From Rugosibacter sp. (GTDB lineage: Bacteria; Pseudomonadota; Gammaproteobacteria; Burkholderiales; Rhodocyclaceae), in contig JAUSMB010000064.1 in the NCBI GenBank assembly GCA_030645365.1, forward strand, positions 23,989 through 87,988: a stretch of 64,000 nt of DNA. The letters are read 5' to 3'. The notes below the pieces were generated by a model that did not search any database, was not told where the DNA came from, and saw only the letters and a list, made by a program, of their open reading frames with translations. A program made the position numbers and the translations under genes. Of this stretch, positions 9,758-18,938 are shown piece by piece. The stretch's first letter is position 1, and every line of letters begins with the position of its first letter.

Positions 9758-10378
9758 TCAACCCACATGCCGGGCCAATGCGAGATATTTATCGTGCAAA
9801 CGCGCCACTTGCGGTGTTAATGCTGCCAGTTGGCCATCATTTTCTATGACATCATCAGCAACAGCCAAGCGCTCGGCGCGAGTCGCTTGCGCTTGCAAAA
9901 TTCGCTCAACCTCATTTTGGGACAAACCATTACGGGCCATGACACGGCGAACTTGGGTCGCTTCAGAGCAATCCACCACAGCGATACGTTGGACACGTCG
10001 GCGATAAGTCCCTGACTCAATTAAGAGTGGCACAACAAGAATAATGTAAGACGGATTGTTGCGCGAGTTCTCAACGTTAATACGCCGTTCAACCTCAGCA
10101 CGAATTAATGGATGCAAAATGGCTTCAAGTCGCTTGCGCTCTTCAGGCTGAGAAAATATATGTGCGCGCATCGCCGCACGATCAAGCGCACCATCGGGCA
10201 TGACCATGTTTTCGCCAAAACCGGCACGAATGCTCGGCATCGCTGCGCCGCTGGCAGCTGTCAGCATGTGGGAGACTGCGTCAGTATCGATCACAGGCAC
10301 CTGATGCGCAGCAAACAAATCTGCCACTGCGCTTTTTCCGCTACCAATCCCGCCGGTTAATCCGATGAGGTAACTCAC
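9758..10378 (-). CDS. coaE: dephospho-CoA kinase
   Basis: LIGLTGGIGSGKS P-loop at the N-terminus; 206 aa. Confidence 0.9.
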   Translation of the reverse strand: MSYLIGLTGGIGSGKSAVADLFAAHQVPVIDTDAVSHMLTAASGAAMPSIRAGFGENMVMPDGALDRAAMRAHIFSQPEERKRLEAILHPLIRAEVERRINVENSRNNPSYIILVVPLLIESGTYRRRVQRIAVVDCSEATQVRRVMARNGLSQNEVERILQAQATRAERLAVADDVIENDGQLAALTPQVARLHDKYLALARHVG

Positions 10379-10429
10379 GCTAGCGGTAGCGCTTGATGAG
10401 AAGCGTCGTACAGTTTATAGCCATCGAAT

Positions 10430-11083
10430 TCAGCGCACGCAACTCATTATCACTGCAGAAGGAAACGGCGCAATCCAGGTTTTTAGTTTTTCAGCAAACA
10501 TAACGTCTTTTGCCTGAATTTCTAACACGTCACGAGGCTCTGAAGCTTTTGGCTGTTCCCATTGAGCTGACATGAGGCCGCGTTTTCTCAGCGTGGCGAG
10601 ATAGTTTCGTGCAGTTATTTCGTCGGCAAATATCCCCACAACAATTTTATACCGTCCATTGGCAACGGCTTGAACTTGTATTTCAGCCAAAGAAGCAGGC
10701 TGCAACGGAGTGGGGTCTTGCTGGAGTTGCCCCAGTAATTCTGTTTTTTTCAATTCTGCTGCGGCCTTATCAGACAAACCGACAACGACCACCCGATGGA
10801 AAACCTGTGGTTGCAAACGCGCGGCTTTACTACCCCAAGCGGTTGCATCACGTTCAATCTGCTCAACTGCGGCCTGGGTAAGACCACTCACTCTGCTGCA
10901 AGCCGTGGCTGCTTCGCGCACTGGCTTTTCATCCACAATCCGCATTTTTTCCGCATTTAATTGTTGCGCCAGACGATGGGGTTCGTGAATTTCCACGGTC
11001 CCATCAAAATAGCCCAGGGACCAGGCTAAAAAGGCAACGTTAGCCAAAATCAGCAAGAAAAAACACACACGTAAAATTTTCAC
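10430..11083 (-). CDS. membrane-anchored SPOR-like domain protein
   Basis: N-terminal TM segment MKILRVCFFLLILANVAFLAW. The C-terminal YKIVVGIFADEITARNYLATLRKRG resembles a SPOR repeat. Its position after coaX is common in betaproteobacteria (from memory). Confidence 0.5.
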   Translation of the reverse strand: MKILRVCFFLLILANVAFLAWSLGYFDGTVEIHEPHRLAQQLNAEKMRIVDEKPVREAATACSRVSGLTQAAVEQIERDATAWGSKAARLQPQVFHRVVVVGLSDKAAAELKKTELLGQLQQDPTPLQPASLAEIQVQAVANGRYKIVVGIFADEITARNYLATLRKRGLMSAQWEQPKASEPRDVLEIQAKDVMFAEKLKTWIAPFPSAVIMSCVR

Positions 11084-11098
11084 CGGATTATTCTGGCC

Positions 11099-11398
11099 CT
11101 AGCAAGAAGATAGATCAGCGGGGCAACCACAAAACCCCGTACTGTCAGAATTAAAACTCGTATTCTGTTTGAAAACGCAAAGCTTGATCCGGCTGACCTT
11201 GTGAAACTGTGGAACACCGATCAACCAAGCTGCATTGTATTTAATCGCCTGATGATTTTCTAGCAGCAACTGACGTTTCGCAGCCTGGTTTAAACGGACC
11301 AGTGTAAATAGTAGTTTGCCCTTTGCCTGAGATAACTTTTCACGGTTTAACTCGTGGCTTTCAAATTCGTCCAGCGACGCATCCAGAAAAGCCCTCAA
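11099..11398 (-). CDS. hypothetical 99-aa protein (doubtful)
   Basis: Only a TTG start (overlapping the coaX stop as TTGA), no internal Met, no recognisable motif. Confidence 0.25.
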   Translation of the reverse strand: MRAFLDASLDEFESHELNREKLSQAKGKLLFTLVRLNQAAKRQLLLENHQAIKYNAAWLIGVPQFHKVSRIKLCVFKQNTSFNSDSTGFCGCPADLSSC

Positions 11399-12132
11399 AC
11401 AAGGGCAGACGCTTTAGCTACCCGTAGCAAGCCTTCCAGAACCAGATAATCTATCTGACGTATCGGCGCAGCAAGATGAGGCAGCAACTCAGCCGCAGCA
11501 CCACCCGATAGAATGCATTGGGCTGCGCTGTGCAAGGCCCGCATTTTCTCAATCGCCCCCACCGTGGCGTGCAGCGCCCCACTGGTAATTGCGTCACTTG
11601 TATTTTTTGGCAACTCGCTAAAGTGACCGCTTACATCGCTCAACTGATCTGTGTTTTTCGCTAGTGCTCGATGCATCAGCGCCAAACCTGGCAGAATAAG
11701 CCCGCCGCGAAACACACCCTCTGCGTCGAGTAAATCAATCGTCGTTGCCGTGCCTGCCTGCACCACGATTGATACCTGAGTTGATAACGCCCGCGTAGCA
11801 ATCAGCCCTGCCCAACGGTCAGCCCCAAGCTGAGTGGGAGAATCATAACCATTGCGCACACCACAGCAAATCGCTGTACTTTCCAACCAACTCAGGGGGG
11901 TCGCCAGTTGTTGCGCGCTCTGCTCAATTTGCAGCCGGACGGCTGCACCAGCAACATTACATGCAATTATTTGCCTGGGCACCGGGGCCTGCGATTCGGT
12001 AGATAGCAATAAAAGTAAGCTCGCCAACTCCGGCAAGGCGTCATAGCCAAAAGCCCGCTGCATGCGCCAGTTTTGACCATCATGCAGACCGCACTTTAGT
12101 CGCGTATTCCCTGCATCGAGACAAAGAATCAT
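11395..12132 (-). CDS. coaX: type III pantothenate kinase
   Basis: MILCLDAGNTRLKCGL is the N-terminal ASKHA motif typical of CoaX; 245 aa. Confidence 0.9.
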   Translation of the reverse strand: MILCLDAGNTRLKCGLHDGQNWRMQRAFGYDALPELASLLLLLSTESQAPVPRQIIACNVAGAAVRLQIEQSAQQLATPLSWLESTAICCGVRNGYDSPTQLGADRWAGLIATRALSTQVSIVVQAGTATTIDLLDAEGVFRGGLILPGLALMHRALAKNTDQLSDVSGHFSELPKNTSDAITSGALHATVGAIEKMRALHSAAQCILSGGAAAELLPHLAAPIRQIDYLVLEGLLRVAKASALV

Positions 12133-12252
12133 GATCTTCTTTTTAAGTCGGGATAAGGCAGGGTAGAAGAAAGGATATCACCGCGACCCCCGATCAATCT
12201 GCGCTAACGCTTTAACAAACACCAGACAAACCTCGAAAATATCGATGGTGAT

Positions 12253-12329
12253 TGGTGCGCCTGACACGATTCGAACGTGCGACCCCTGCCTTCGGAGGGC
12301 AGTACTCTATCCATCTGAGCTACAGGCGC
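12253..12329 (-). tRNA. tRNA-Arg (anticodon CCG)
   Basis: Reverse complement is GCGCCTGTAGCTCAGATGGATAGAGTACTGCCCTCCGAAGGCAGGGGTCGCACGTTCGAATCGTGTCAGGCGCACCA. Anticodon stem CTGCC/GGCAG, loop CTCCGAA, T-loop GTTCGAATC. Confidence 0.9.
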
Positions 12330-12429
12330 AGGGAGCGTAGGATAGCGCGTTCGCGTGTTGGCGTCCATCGTCAGGCACAGTATCCATTATAATTCGCGCC
12401 TCGCACTCATCATTTTTGAAAGTTTACCC

Positions 12430-12885
12430 ATGGAAAACGATACGCTTCGCGGCTTTATTTATCTTATCGTGACGACGATCGTCACCGTAGCGATTGCCCT
12501 TATCACGGCGCTTAGCATTACGCATCGGCAAGAAGTAGTTGACGAAGAGGCTGTGAATCAGCGCATCATGCCGGTGGCTCAAATGAGCATTGCTGCGGCG
12601 TCTGGCGGCACTGGTGTTGAGCGTACCGGCGAGCAGCTATATCAAGCCGCCTGTATCGCTTGCCATTCAACAGGCGCGGCGGGTGCGCCAAAATTTGGCG
12701 ACAATACGGCATGGGCCCCTCGTTTGAAGCTTGGGCTGAGCGAACTACTCAAGTCAACTCTCTTGGGTAAAAATGCCATGCCGCCCAAGGGTGGCTCTGA
12801 TGCGACCGAAACCGAGCTCGCACGTGCGATTGTCTATATGGCAAACAAATCAGGTGGCAGCTTGAAAGAGCCTGCGGCGAAGTAA
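12430..12885 (+). CDS. membrane-anchored class I cytochrome c (c5 family)
   Basis: Start at ATG 12430 (MENDTLRGFIYLIVTTIVTVAIALI is the TM anchor). Haem motif CIACHSTG and distal NAMPPKG. Confidence 0.8.
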   Translation: MENDTLRGFIYLIVTTIVTVAIALITALSITHRQEVVDEEAVNQRIMPVAQMSIAAASGGTGVERTGEQLYQAACIACHSTGAAGAPKFGDNTAWAPRLKLGLSELLKSTLLGKNAMPPKGGSDATETELARAIVYMANKSGGSLKEPAAK

Positions 12886-12927
12886 CTTACCCAGCCCCAA
12901 AAGCAATCAGTCCAGCAGTGTTTGGAT

Positions 12928-12964
12928 AAATAATAAAGGCCGAAGTTCATGGCCTTTATTATTT
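12928..12964. terminator. bidirectional terminator between cytochrome c and rep
   Basis: Perfect 14-bp stem aaataataaaggcc / ggcctttattattt with A and T tails on both sides. The right arm overlaps the rep stop codon. Confidence 0.65.
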
Positions 12965-14935
12965 TCCGGCCAGCATCGCGCGCAACCCCGCAGCACGTGC
13001 GATGGCTGTCGTTGTATCGGGCACTAATACACCCTGCGCTGCAGTGCTCAGCGCAATCGAGCCCATCTCGGCGATAAACCTTGAGGGCTCGCGCATCATC
13101 CATGTCTTGCCTTGTTTGCGACGCTCACACCAGCTAATGGTCAAGCTGGCTTGGGCACGCGTCAGGCCGACATACATCAGGCGTCGCTCCTCTTCCAGTC
13201 GCGCGGGGTCGAGCGAATCACGATGCGGTAACAAGCCCTCTTCAATACCTGCGAGAAACACGTGCCGAAATTCCAGCCCTTTGACGGCATGTAGTGTGGC
13301 GAGTTGAACGGCGTTACTTTCTTCTGCCCCATTATCCAACATGGATAACAGTGCGACACTTTGCGCTAATTCAAGCAAAGTTTTATTTTCTTCCTCGCCC
13401 TTCTTCGCGATCCACTGTACAAAGTCACACACATTCGCCCAGCGGGTTTCAGCATCGCGTACATCGAGTGAGCCAAACAACCACGTTTCATACCCGATGG
13501 CATCGATAATTGCGGTGAGCAGGGCGCCCGCAGGCTCGTTTTTCGCGCGTTCTTCCATGCGCTGAATGAACCCGGAAAACTCACGTAACGCGGTGTGTTG
13601 ACGCACCGGCAGATCATCGCCCAACATTGGTGAAAGCAGCGTTGCAAACAGGCTTTGACGTCGTCTGCCGGCGGCAAGGCCCAAGGCTTCCAGCGTTGAG
13701 CCGCCAATGCCACGCTTAGGCGTTGTCACCGCGCGAATAAACGCGGGATCATCCTCCTGATTGGTGAGCAGGCGTAAATAGGCAATGATGTCTTTGATCT
13801 CGGTGCGCTCAAAAAAAGACTGTCCGCCAGAAATGACATACGGAATACGTTGCGCACGCAGCTGTTGTTCAAAAGCACGTGCCTGATAATTGCCCCGATA
13901 TAAAATCGCGTAATCAGAAAACTGGGTGCGTCGTTCAAAGCGATGTGCGGAGAGACGAGAAACAACCCATTCGGCTTCATGGTCGCCATCACGGCAGGTT
14001 TGAATGTGGATGGCTTCGCCCTGCCCATGTTCTGACCACAGTTTTTTTTCGAATACTTTCGGATTGTGCGAAATCAGCTGATTGGCCGCATCCAGGATGC
14101 GCGATGTCGAACGATAATTTTGTTCCAGCATCACCACTTTCAGGCGCGGATAATCGGCTTTTAACAAGCGCAGATTTTCACTATCGGCACCGCGCCATGC
14201 ATAGATGGACTGATCATCATCACCCACCGCGGTGAATGCGTCGCGCCCCTGCGTGAGTAATTGCACCAGCCGATACTGGCCACGATTGGTATCTTGATAT
14301 TCATCAATGAGCAGATGCCATAGCCGCTTTCGCCAACGCTCAGCCACCTCTTCTTGCGTGGAAAACAACGCGACAGGCAAGCGAATCAGATCATCAAAAT
14401 CAACTGCCTGATACGCCCGCAAAGCACGTTCATAATCAACGTACAACTGCGCCGCGCTACTTTCCAGCCCATCCGTGGCAAGCGCTATGGCGGCATCAGG
14501 ATCAATGAGTGCATTTTTCCATAACGAAATACGCGACTGCAACAAGCGCAATTGCGCTTTATCCACACCGCCTGACAACTCTTGCAATAATCCGGTGGCA
14601 TCCGCGCCGTCAAGAATGGAAAAGCCTGGCTTTAGCCCGAGTGCATTGGCTTCTTGCCGCAAAATACGCACACCCAGCGAGTGAAACGTGCTGATGATTA
14701 CCCCTTTGCCGCGCTCGCCTAGCAGATTTTTAGCGCGCGCCTGCATTTCTTTTGCGGCCTTGTTGGTGAAAGTAATCGCCGTGATGTGTGATGGCGCAAT
14801 GCCGTAATCGCGGATGAGGTAGGCAATTTTCTGCGTGATGACACGTGTCTTGCCCGAGCCCGCACCGGCTAATACCAAGAGCGGGCCATCGACATACGAT
14901 ACAGCGGCTTGTTGCGCGGCGTTCAGCGTGTGCAT
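12959..14935 (-). CDS. rep: ATP-dependent DNA helicase Rep (UvrD/Rep SF1 family)
   Basis: LVLAGAGSGKTRVI (motif I), LLIDEYQDTN (motif II), VMLEQNYRS, TLHAVKGLEF and VGLTRA motifs; 658 aa. Confidence 0.85.
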   Translation of the reverse strand: MHTLNAAQQAAVSYVDGPLLVLAGAGSGKTRVITQKIAYLIRDYGIAPSHITAITFTNKAAKEMQARAKNLLGERGKGVIISTFHSLGVRILRQEANALGLKPGFSILDGADATGLLQELSGGVDKAQLRLLQSRISLWKNALIDPDAAIALATDGLESSAAQLYVDYERALRAYQAVDFDDLIRLPVALFSTQEEVAERWRKRLWHLLIDEYQDTNRGQYRLVQLLTQGRDAFTAVGDDDQSIYAWRGADSENLRLLKADYPRLKVVMLEQNYRSTSRILDAANQLISHNPKVFEKKLWSEHGQGEAIHIQTCRDGDHEAEWVVSRLSAHRFERRTQFSDYAILYRGNYQARAFEQQLRAQRIPYVISGGQSFFERTEIKDIIAYLRLLTNQEDDPAFIRAVTTPKRGIGGSTLEALGLAAGRRRQSLFATLLSPMLGDDLPVRQHTALREFSGFIQRMEERAKNEPAGALLTAIIDAIGYETWLFGSLDVRDAETRWANVCDFVQWIAKKGEEENKTLLELAQSVALLSMLDNGAEESNAVQLATLHAVKGLEFRHVFLAGIEEGLLPHRDSLDPARLEEERRLMYVGLTRAQASLTISWCERRKQGKTWMMREPSRFIAEMGSIALSTAAQGVLVPDTTTAIARAAGLRAMLAGK

Positions 14936-14956
14936 GACAAAAGCCGCAGCGGAGTT

Positions 14957-14980
14957 ACCGTATCACCAGCGCCGACTTTT
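14957..14980 (-). repeat. dispersed 24-nt word, copy 4 (lipA-rep spacer)
   Basis: + strand reads accgtatcaccagcgccgactttt. In the sense of lipA it starts on the last base of the lipA stop codon. It fills most of the 44-nt spacer and ends 21 nt before the rep ATG. Confidence 0.9.
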
Positions 14981-15915
14981 TAAATCGCGCCAGCAGCGTG
15001 AGCCTGGCTGTCGGCGTGATAGCTAGAGCGCACCATCGGCCCGCAAGCAGCATGTGTAAAACCCATGGCTGTCGCGGCCTGCTCGAATAAGGTGAAGGTA
15101 TCGGGATGCACATAGCGCATGACGGGCAAGTGATGGCCTGAAGGCGCGAGGTATTGACCAAGCGTGAGCATCTCGACACCGTGGTCGCGCATGTCGCGCA
15201 TCGTGGCGAGAATTTCTTCGTCACTCTCGCCCAGGCCCACCATGAGACCGGATTTGGAGGGAACATGCGGATGACGTTGTTTGAATTCCTGCAGCAGGCG
15301 CAGCGAATGCGCATAGTCGGCACCGGGCCTGGCTTGCTTGTACAGACGCGGCACAGTTTCCATGTTGTGATTCATGATGTCCGGCGGTTGGGTGCCGAGG
15401 ATGTTGATGGCGAGATCGAGCCGACCACGAAAATCCGGCACCAGTACTTCTATTCTGGTGCGCGGCGACAGCGCGCGAATCTGCGTGATGCAATCAACAA
15501 AATGCTGTGCGCCGCCATCGCGTAAATCATCACGGTCGACACTGGTAATCACCACATAATTCAACTTCATCGCGGCGATGGTCTGGGCGAGTTTTAGCGG
15601 CTCGTCAACCTCCGGCGGAAGCGGTTTACCGTGCCCGACATCGCAAAACGGGCAACGCCGTGTGCATAAATCGCCGAGGATCATGAAGGTCGCTGTGCCA
15701 TTGCCAAAGCACTCGCCGATGTTGGGGCAGGACGCTTCTTCACACACAGTATGCAATTGATGTTCACGCAAAATCTGTTTGATCTCGCCAAAGCGCGTGG
15801 CTGAATTACCTGCCTTGACGCGAATCCAGTCGGGTTTTTTCAGCGCCGTGGCGACCGGAATAATCTTGATCGGGATGCGAGCGGTTTTCGCTGCGCCTTT
15901 TTGTTTAACAGTCAT
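14980..15915 (-). CDS. lipA: lipoyl synthase
   Basis: Radical-SAM [12 protein letters not shown] and CTRRCPFC clusters; 311 aa. Confidence 0.95.
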   Translation of the reverse strand: MTVKQKGAAKTARIPIKIIPVATALKKPDWIRVKAGNSATRFGEIKQILREHQLHTVCEEASCPNIGECFGNGTATFMILGDLCTRRCPFCDVGHGKPLPPEVDEPLKLAQTIAAMKLNYVVITSVDRDDLRDGGAQHFVDCITQIRALSPRTRIEVLVPDFRGRLDLAINILGTQPPDIMNHNMETVPRLYKQARPGADYAHSLRLLQEFKQRHPHVPSKSGLMVGLGESDEEILATMRDMRDHGVEMLTLGQYLAPSGHHLPVMRYVHPDTFTLFEQAATAMGFTHAACGPMVRSSYHADSQAHAAGAI

Positions 15916-16534
15916 GGGTTTCCAAGTTTTCCAATTGCTGCATCAACGCCTGGGCCAGCTGTGTGCCGACCTGCGTGATAGTGAGAGTATCGCCTGTCTT
16001 GACCAGATCACTCAAGCGCGTCACCCGCATGCCCGCATAACCGCAAGGGTTGATTGCCTGATAGGGCACCAAATCCACATTCACGTTCAGCGCCACACCA
16101 TGATAACTGCAACCGCCTTTGATCCGCAAACCCAAGGCGGCAATCTTCGCCCCCTGGACGTACACCCCAGGCGCACCCGCCAAACGTGCGGCATGAACGC
16201 CATAACCAGCCAACACCTCGATCACTGCCTGCTCGATACGCTGCACGAATTCACGCACCTTGAATTGCCGACGACGCAGATCGAACAGCAGATAGGCCAC
16301 CACCTGGCCAGGACCATGATAGGTAACCTGTCCACCTCGATCAATCTGCACTACCGGAATGCCAATGTCTTGTAACAGATGTTCAGCCTTGCCTGACAGC
16401 CCTTGGGTGAATACTGGCGGATGCTCGCACAGCCAGATTTCATCGGATGTATCGGGCAGGCGCGCAGCGGTAAACGCTTGCATGGCGGCGAATGTGGGTG
16501 CATACGCCACACGGCCCAGAGTGCGCACAATCAC
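15905..16534 (-). CDS. lipB: octanoyltransferase (lipoyl(octanoyl) transferase)
   Basis: ORF 15905..16618. The probable real start is GTG 16534, overlapping the ybeD stop as GTGA ([21 protein letters not shown]...). HPPVFTQG and [12 protein letters not shown] motifs present. Confidence 0.85.
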   Translation of the reverse strand: MIVRTLGRVAYAPTFAAMQAFTAARLPDTSDEIWLCEHPPVFTQGLSGKAEHLLQDIGIPVVQIDRGGQVTYHGPGQVVAYLLFDLRRRQFKVREFVQRIEQAVIEVLAGYGVHAARLAGAPGVYVQGAKIAALGLRIKGGCSYHGVALNVNVDLVPYQAINPCGYAGMRVTRLSDLVKTGDTLTITQVGTQLAQALMQQLENLETHDC

Positions 16535-16794
16535 AACACCACCTTGACCATCGAATGCGCACTGAGTTCGAGATATAACGCATCCAGTTGGGCTTGCGAT
16601 GTGGCGCGCACGGTACAAGTGAGCGCAAGATAATTGCCCGCGCGCGAAGGGCGCAGCGTCATCGTGGCAGCGTCAAATTCGGGTGCATGTTTGATCACCA
16701 CAGAAGCGATGGTCTGCGCAAAATCATCCACGTGTGCACCCATGATCTTGAGTGGAAAATCACAGGGAAAATCGATCAATGTTGGCTTATCCAT
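16531..16794 (-). CDS. ybeD: YbeD-family protein (DUF493)
   Basis: 87 aa. [11 protein letters not shown] is the signature N-terminus. Canonical position upstream of lipB. Confidence 0.8.
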   Translation of the reverse strand: MDKPTLIDFPCDFPLKIMGAHVDDFAQTIASVVIKHAPEFDAATMTLRPSRAGNYLALTCTVRATSQAQLDALYLELSAHSMVKVVL

Positions 16795-17662
16795 GTCGCA
16801 TCACTCGCGTTTTGTATTCTTGATACCAGCCATACATGGCAACAAACAATGGCCCCGGGGCGCCGGTTGCCGTATCGCCAGCGCCGACTTTTACCCCATC
16901 CAGCTGAACAATCGGCAGCACTTCGCGCGTTGATGAAGCCAGCCATAATTCATCCGCCGTGCGCGTCTCGGCTTCGGTAATATCGCGTACTTCAACCGGC
17001 ACCCCGTTTGCTGCGGCAAGCTCCAGCAGCACGTCATAGGTAATGCCCGGCAGCATGAGATGATTTTTCATCGGGACGAGCAGCACACCGTTGCGCACCA
17101 CAAAAATCGATGAAGCAGCACCTTCGGTCAAAAATCCATCGCGAAATAACACGGTCTCGGCACAGCCTGCCATCACGGATTGCTGGCGCAACAGGCAATT
17201 TGCCAGCAATGAGGTTGACTTGATATCACATCGCAACCAGCGGATATCCGCCGCAGAAACCGCGGCCACACCTGCGCTGACTTGCGCTGCGCTGGGCATA
17301 TTCATCGGCTCGGCGAACAGTAATACCGTCGGCACAGGGGCCTGGGGAAAGACGTGATTACGTACCGCCATCGGCCCGCGCGTGACTTGAATATAAATTG
17401 ACTGGTCATCCCATTCCGCAGTGGCGACAAGGCGACTCACCAATACCGTCCACTCGGCCTGAGTGTGCGGGTTATCTAGCTGTATCGCAGCAAGGCTGCG
17501 GCCGAGACGGCCTAAATGCTCGTCAAGACGGAATGGATGGCGCGAATACACCGGAATGACTTCATACACGCCATCGCCGAACAGAAAACCGCGGTCCATC
17601 ACCGAAACCTGCGCATCTTCCGGTGCCAACCACTGGCCGTTCAGGTACAGCAGAGTGCTCAC
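16787..17662 (-). CDS. class IV aminotransferase (D-amino-acid transaminase-like)
   Basis: ORF 16787..17752. The likely start is GTG 17662, overlapping the PBP stop as GTGA (VSTLLYLNGQWLAPEDAQVSVMDRGFLFGDGVYEVIP). Confidence 0.8.
   Translation of the reverse strand: MSTLLYLNGQWLAPEDAQVSVMDRGFLFGDGVYEVIPVYSRHPFRLDEHLGRLGRSLAAIQLDNPHTQAEWTVLVSRLVATAEWDDQSIYIQVTRGPMAVRNHVFPQAPVPTVLLFAEPMNMPSAAQVSAGVAAVSAADIRWLRCDIKSTSLLANCLLRQQSVMAGCAETVLFRDGFLTEGAASSIFVVRNGVLLVPMKNHLMLPGITYDVLLELAAANGVPVEVRDITEAETRTADELWLASSTREVLPIVQLDGVKVGAGDTATGAPGPLFVAMYGWYQEYKTRVMRHG
16869..16892 (-). repeat. dispersed 24-nt word, copy 5 (inside the aminotransferase CDS, sense)
   Basis: + strand reads gccgtatcgccagcgccgactttt. 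In gene sense it encodes KVGAGDT. Identical 24-mer to the copies at 50200 and 63700. Confidence 0.9.
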
Positions 17663-18816
17663 CGGAACCAGAGCACCAAGGTGTCCCACAATCGGCCAAA
17701 GAAGCCTGCTACCGGGACTTCTTCCAACGCGACCACGGGATACTCGCCCCACGCTTGCCCACCCAAGGCGAGCTTGAGCGTGCCGACTTTTGTTCCAAGA
17801 TGTACCGGGCCCAGCAAAGGCTGGCGGCTCTCAAGCCGCGTGGTGAGCTTAGCCGCCATCCCGCGTGGCAAAGAAATAATCAAGTCTTCCGTGACGCCTA
17901 CCTTAACCGTATTTTGCGCGCCCTTGAATACTTTGAACTGCGAGACCGTCTGGCCTTTGCCATACACTTTGATTGCATCAAACGCCATGTAACCCCAACT
18001 CAACAAATTGAGCGAATCACGCGCACGGGCTTCATCCGAAGGCGCGCCTAACACGACCGATATCAATCGGCGCGGCGCGCGCAACGAAGTGGCGACCAAA
18101 CAATAACCCGCCGCATTCGAATGACCTGTTTTCAAACCATCAACCGTGGGATCGGCCCATAACAGGCGATTCCGGTTGTACTGACGGATACCCGCGTAGG
18201 TATATTCCTTTGTCGCGTGCAGGCGATGTATTTCAGGGTGCTCTCGCACCAGCGCTGCGGCTAGCCGCGCCATATCGTGAGCGGTAGAGTAGTGTGTGGG
18301 CTGGGCGCCGTCAAAAAAACCGCTGGCATTCAGGAAATTCGTGTCTTTCAAGCCTAACCGCTGCGCTGTCTGATTCATCATGATGGCGAATGCCGGCTCA
18401 CTGCCGCCAACAGCTTCCGCCAAGGCAACAGATGCATCGTTGCCTGACTGAATCACCATACCTTTGAGCAGATCATCCACCAATACCTGTCCATTGACGG
18501 GCACAAAGCTACGTGAGCCTTGCGTGCGCCAGGCCCGTTCGGAAACAACCACGGGTTGCTGGAGTGACAACCGCTTGTCCGCCAGTGCTTCGGCGACCAG
18601 ATACGTGGTCATCATCTTGGTCAACGAGGCAGGCTCAAGCCGCTGCTTCGAATTATGTTCAGCCAACACCTGTCCGGTAGCGTAGTCAACCAGTATCCAT
18701 GCACGTGCGCTCAAGGTAGGTACGGGAATAGTAACCGGAGCGGCTGGCACCACAGGCGTTTGTGCCAAGCTGGCAACCCAAGGCAGGCAGGCAAGCAGAA
18801 GGGTAAGGTAGCGCAT
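17659..18816 (-). CDS. D-alanyl-D-alanine carboxypeptidase (PBP5/6 family)
   Basis: Signal peptide MRYLTLLLACLPWVASLAQ. SLTKMMT (SxxK), SGND (SxN) and KTGH (KTG) active-site motifs. Confidence 0.9.
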   Translation of the reverse strand: MRYLTLLLACLPWVASLAQTPVVPAAPVTIPVPTLSARAWILVDYATGQVLAEHNSKQRLEPASLTKMMTTYLVAEALADKRLSLQQPVVVSERAWRTQGSRSFVPVNGQVLVDDLLKGMVIQSGNDASVALAEAVGGSEPAFAIMMNQTAQRLGLKDTNFLNASGFFDGAQPTHYSTAHDMARLAAALVREHPEIHRLHATKEYTYAGIRQYNRNRLLWADPTVDGLKTGHSNAAGYCLVATSLRAPRRLISVVLGAPSDEARARDSLNLLSWGYMAFDAIKVYGKGQTVSQFKVFKGAQNTVKVGVTEDLIISLPRGMAAKLTTRLESRQPLLGPVHLGTKVGTLKLALGGQAWGEYPVVALEEVPVAGFFGRLWDTLVLWFR

Positions 18817-18938
18817 AGCAGAATCACCGACTCAAAGACAAAATCGAATTATAGTTGTCTGCCGAGACGTATAGGATGGCTGAATTGCACGATACAGGCT
18901 ACAAGCCTGAGCAAATCTAGTACTGCCGGGTGCCGAGA

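Noticed and set aside
2071-12329. tRNA genes as possible integration sites for genomic islands
   Set aside because: There is no integrase, no direct repeat of a tRNA 3' end and no phage or IS genes near either tRNA. The flanking genes are core housekeeping.
15779-16375. 198-aa + strand ORF
   Set aside because: It is antisense to the lipA/lipB junction; both real genes have diagnostic motifs.
17775-17791. Partial match to the 24-nt word (aaaagtcggc only) inside the PBP gene
   Set aside because: Only the first 10 nt match and the remainder diverges completely. This is within what chance, or a KVG codon run, could give, so it was not counted.
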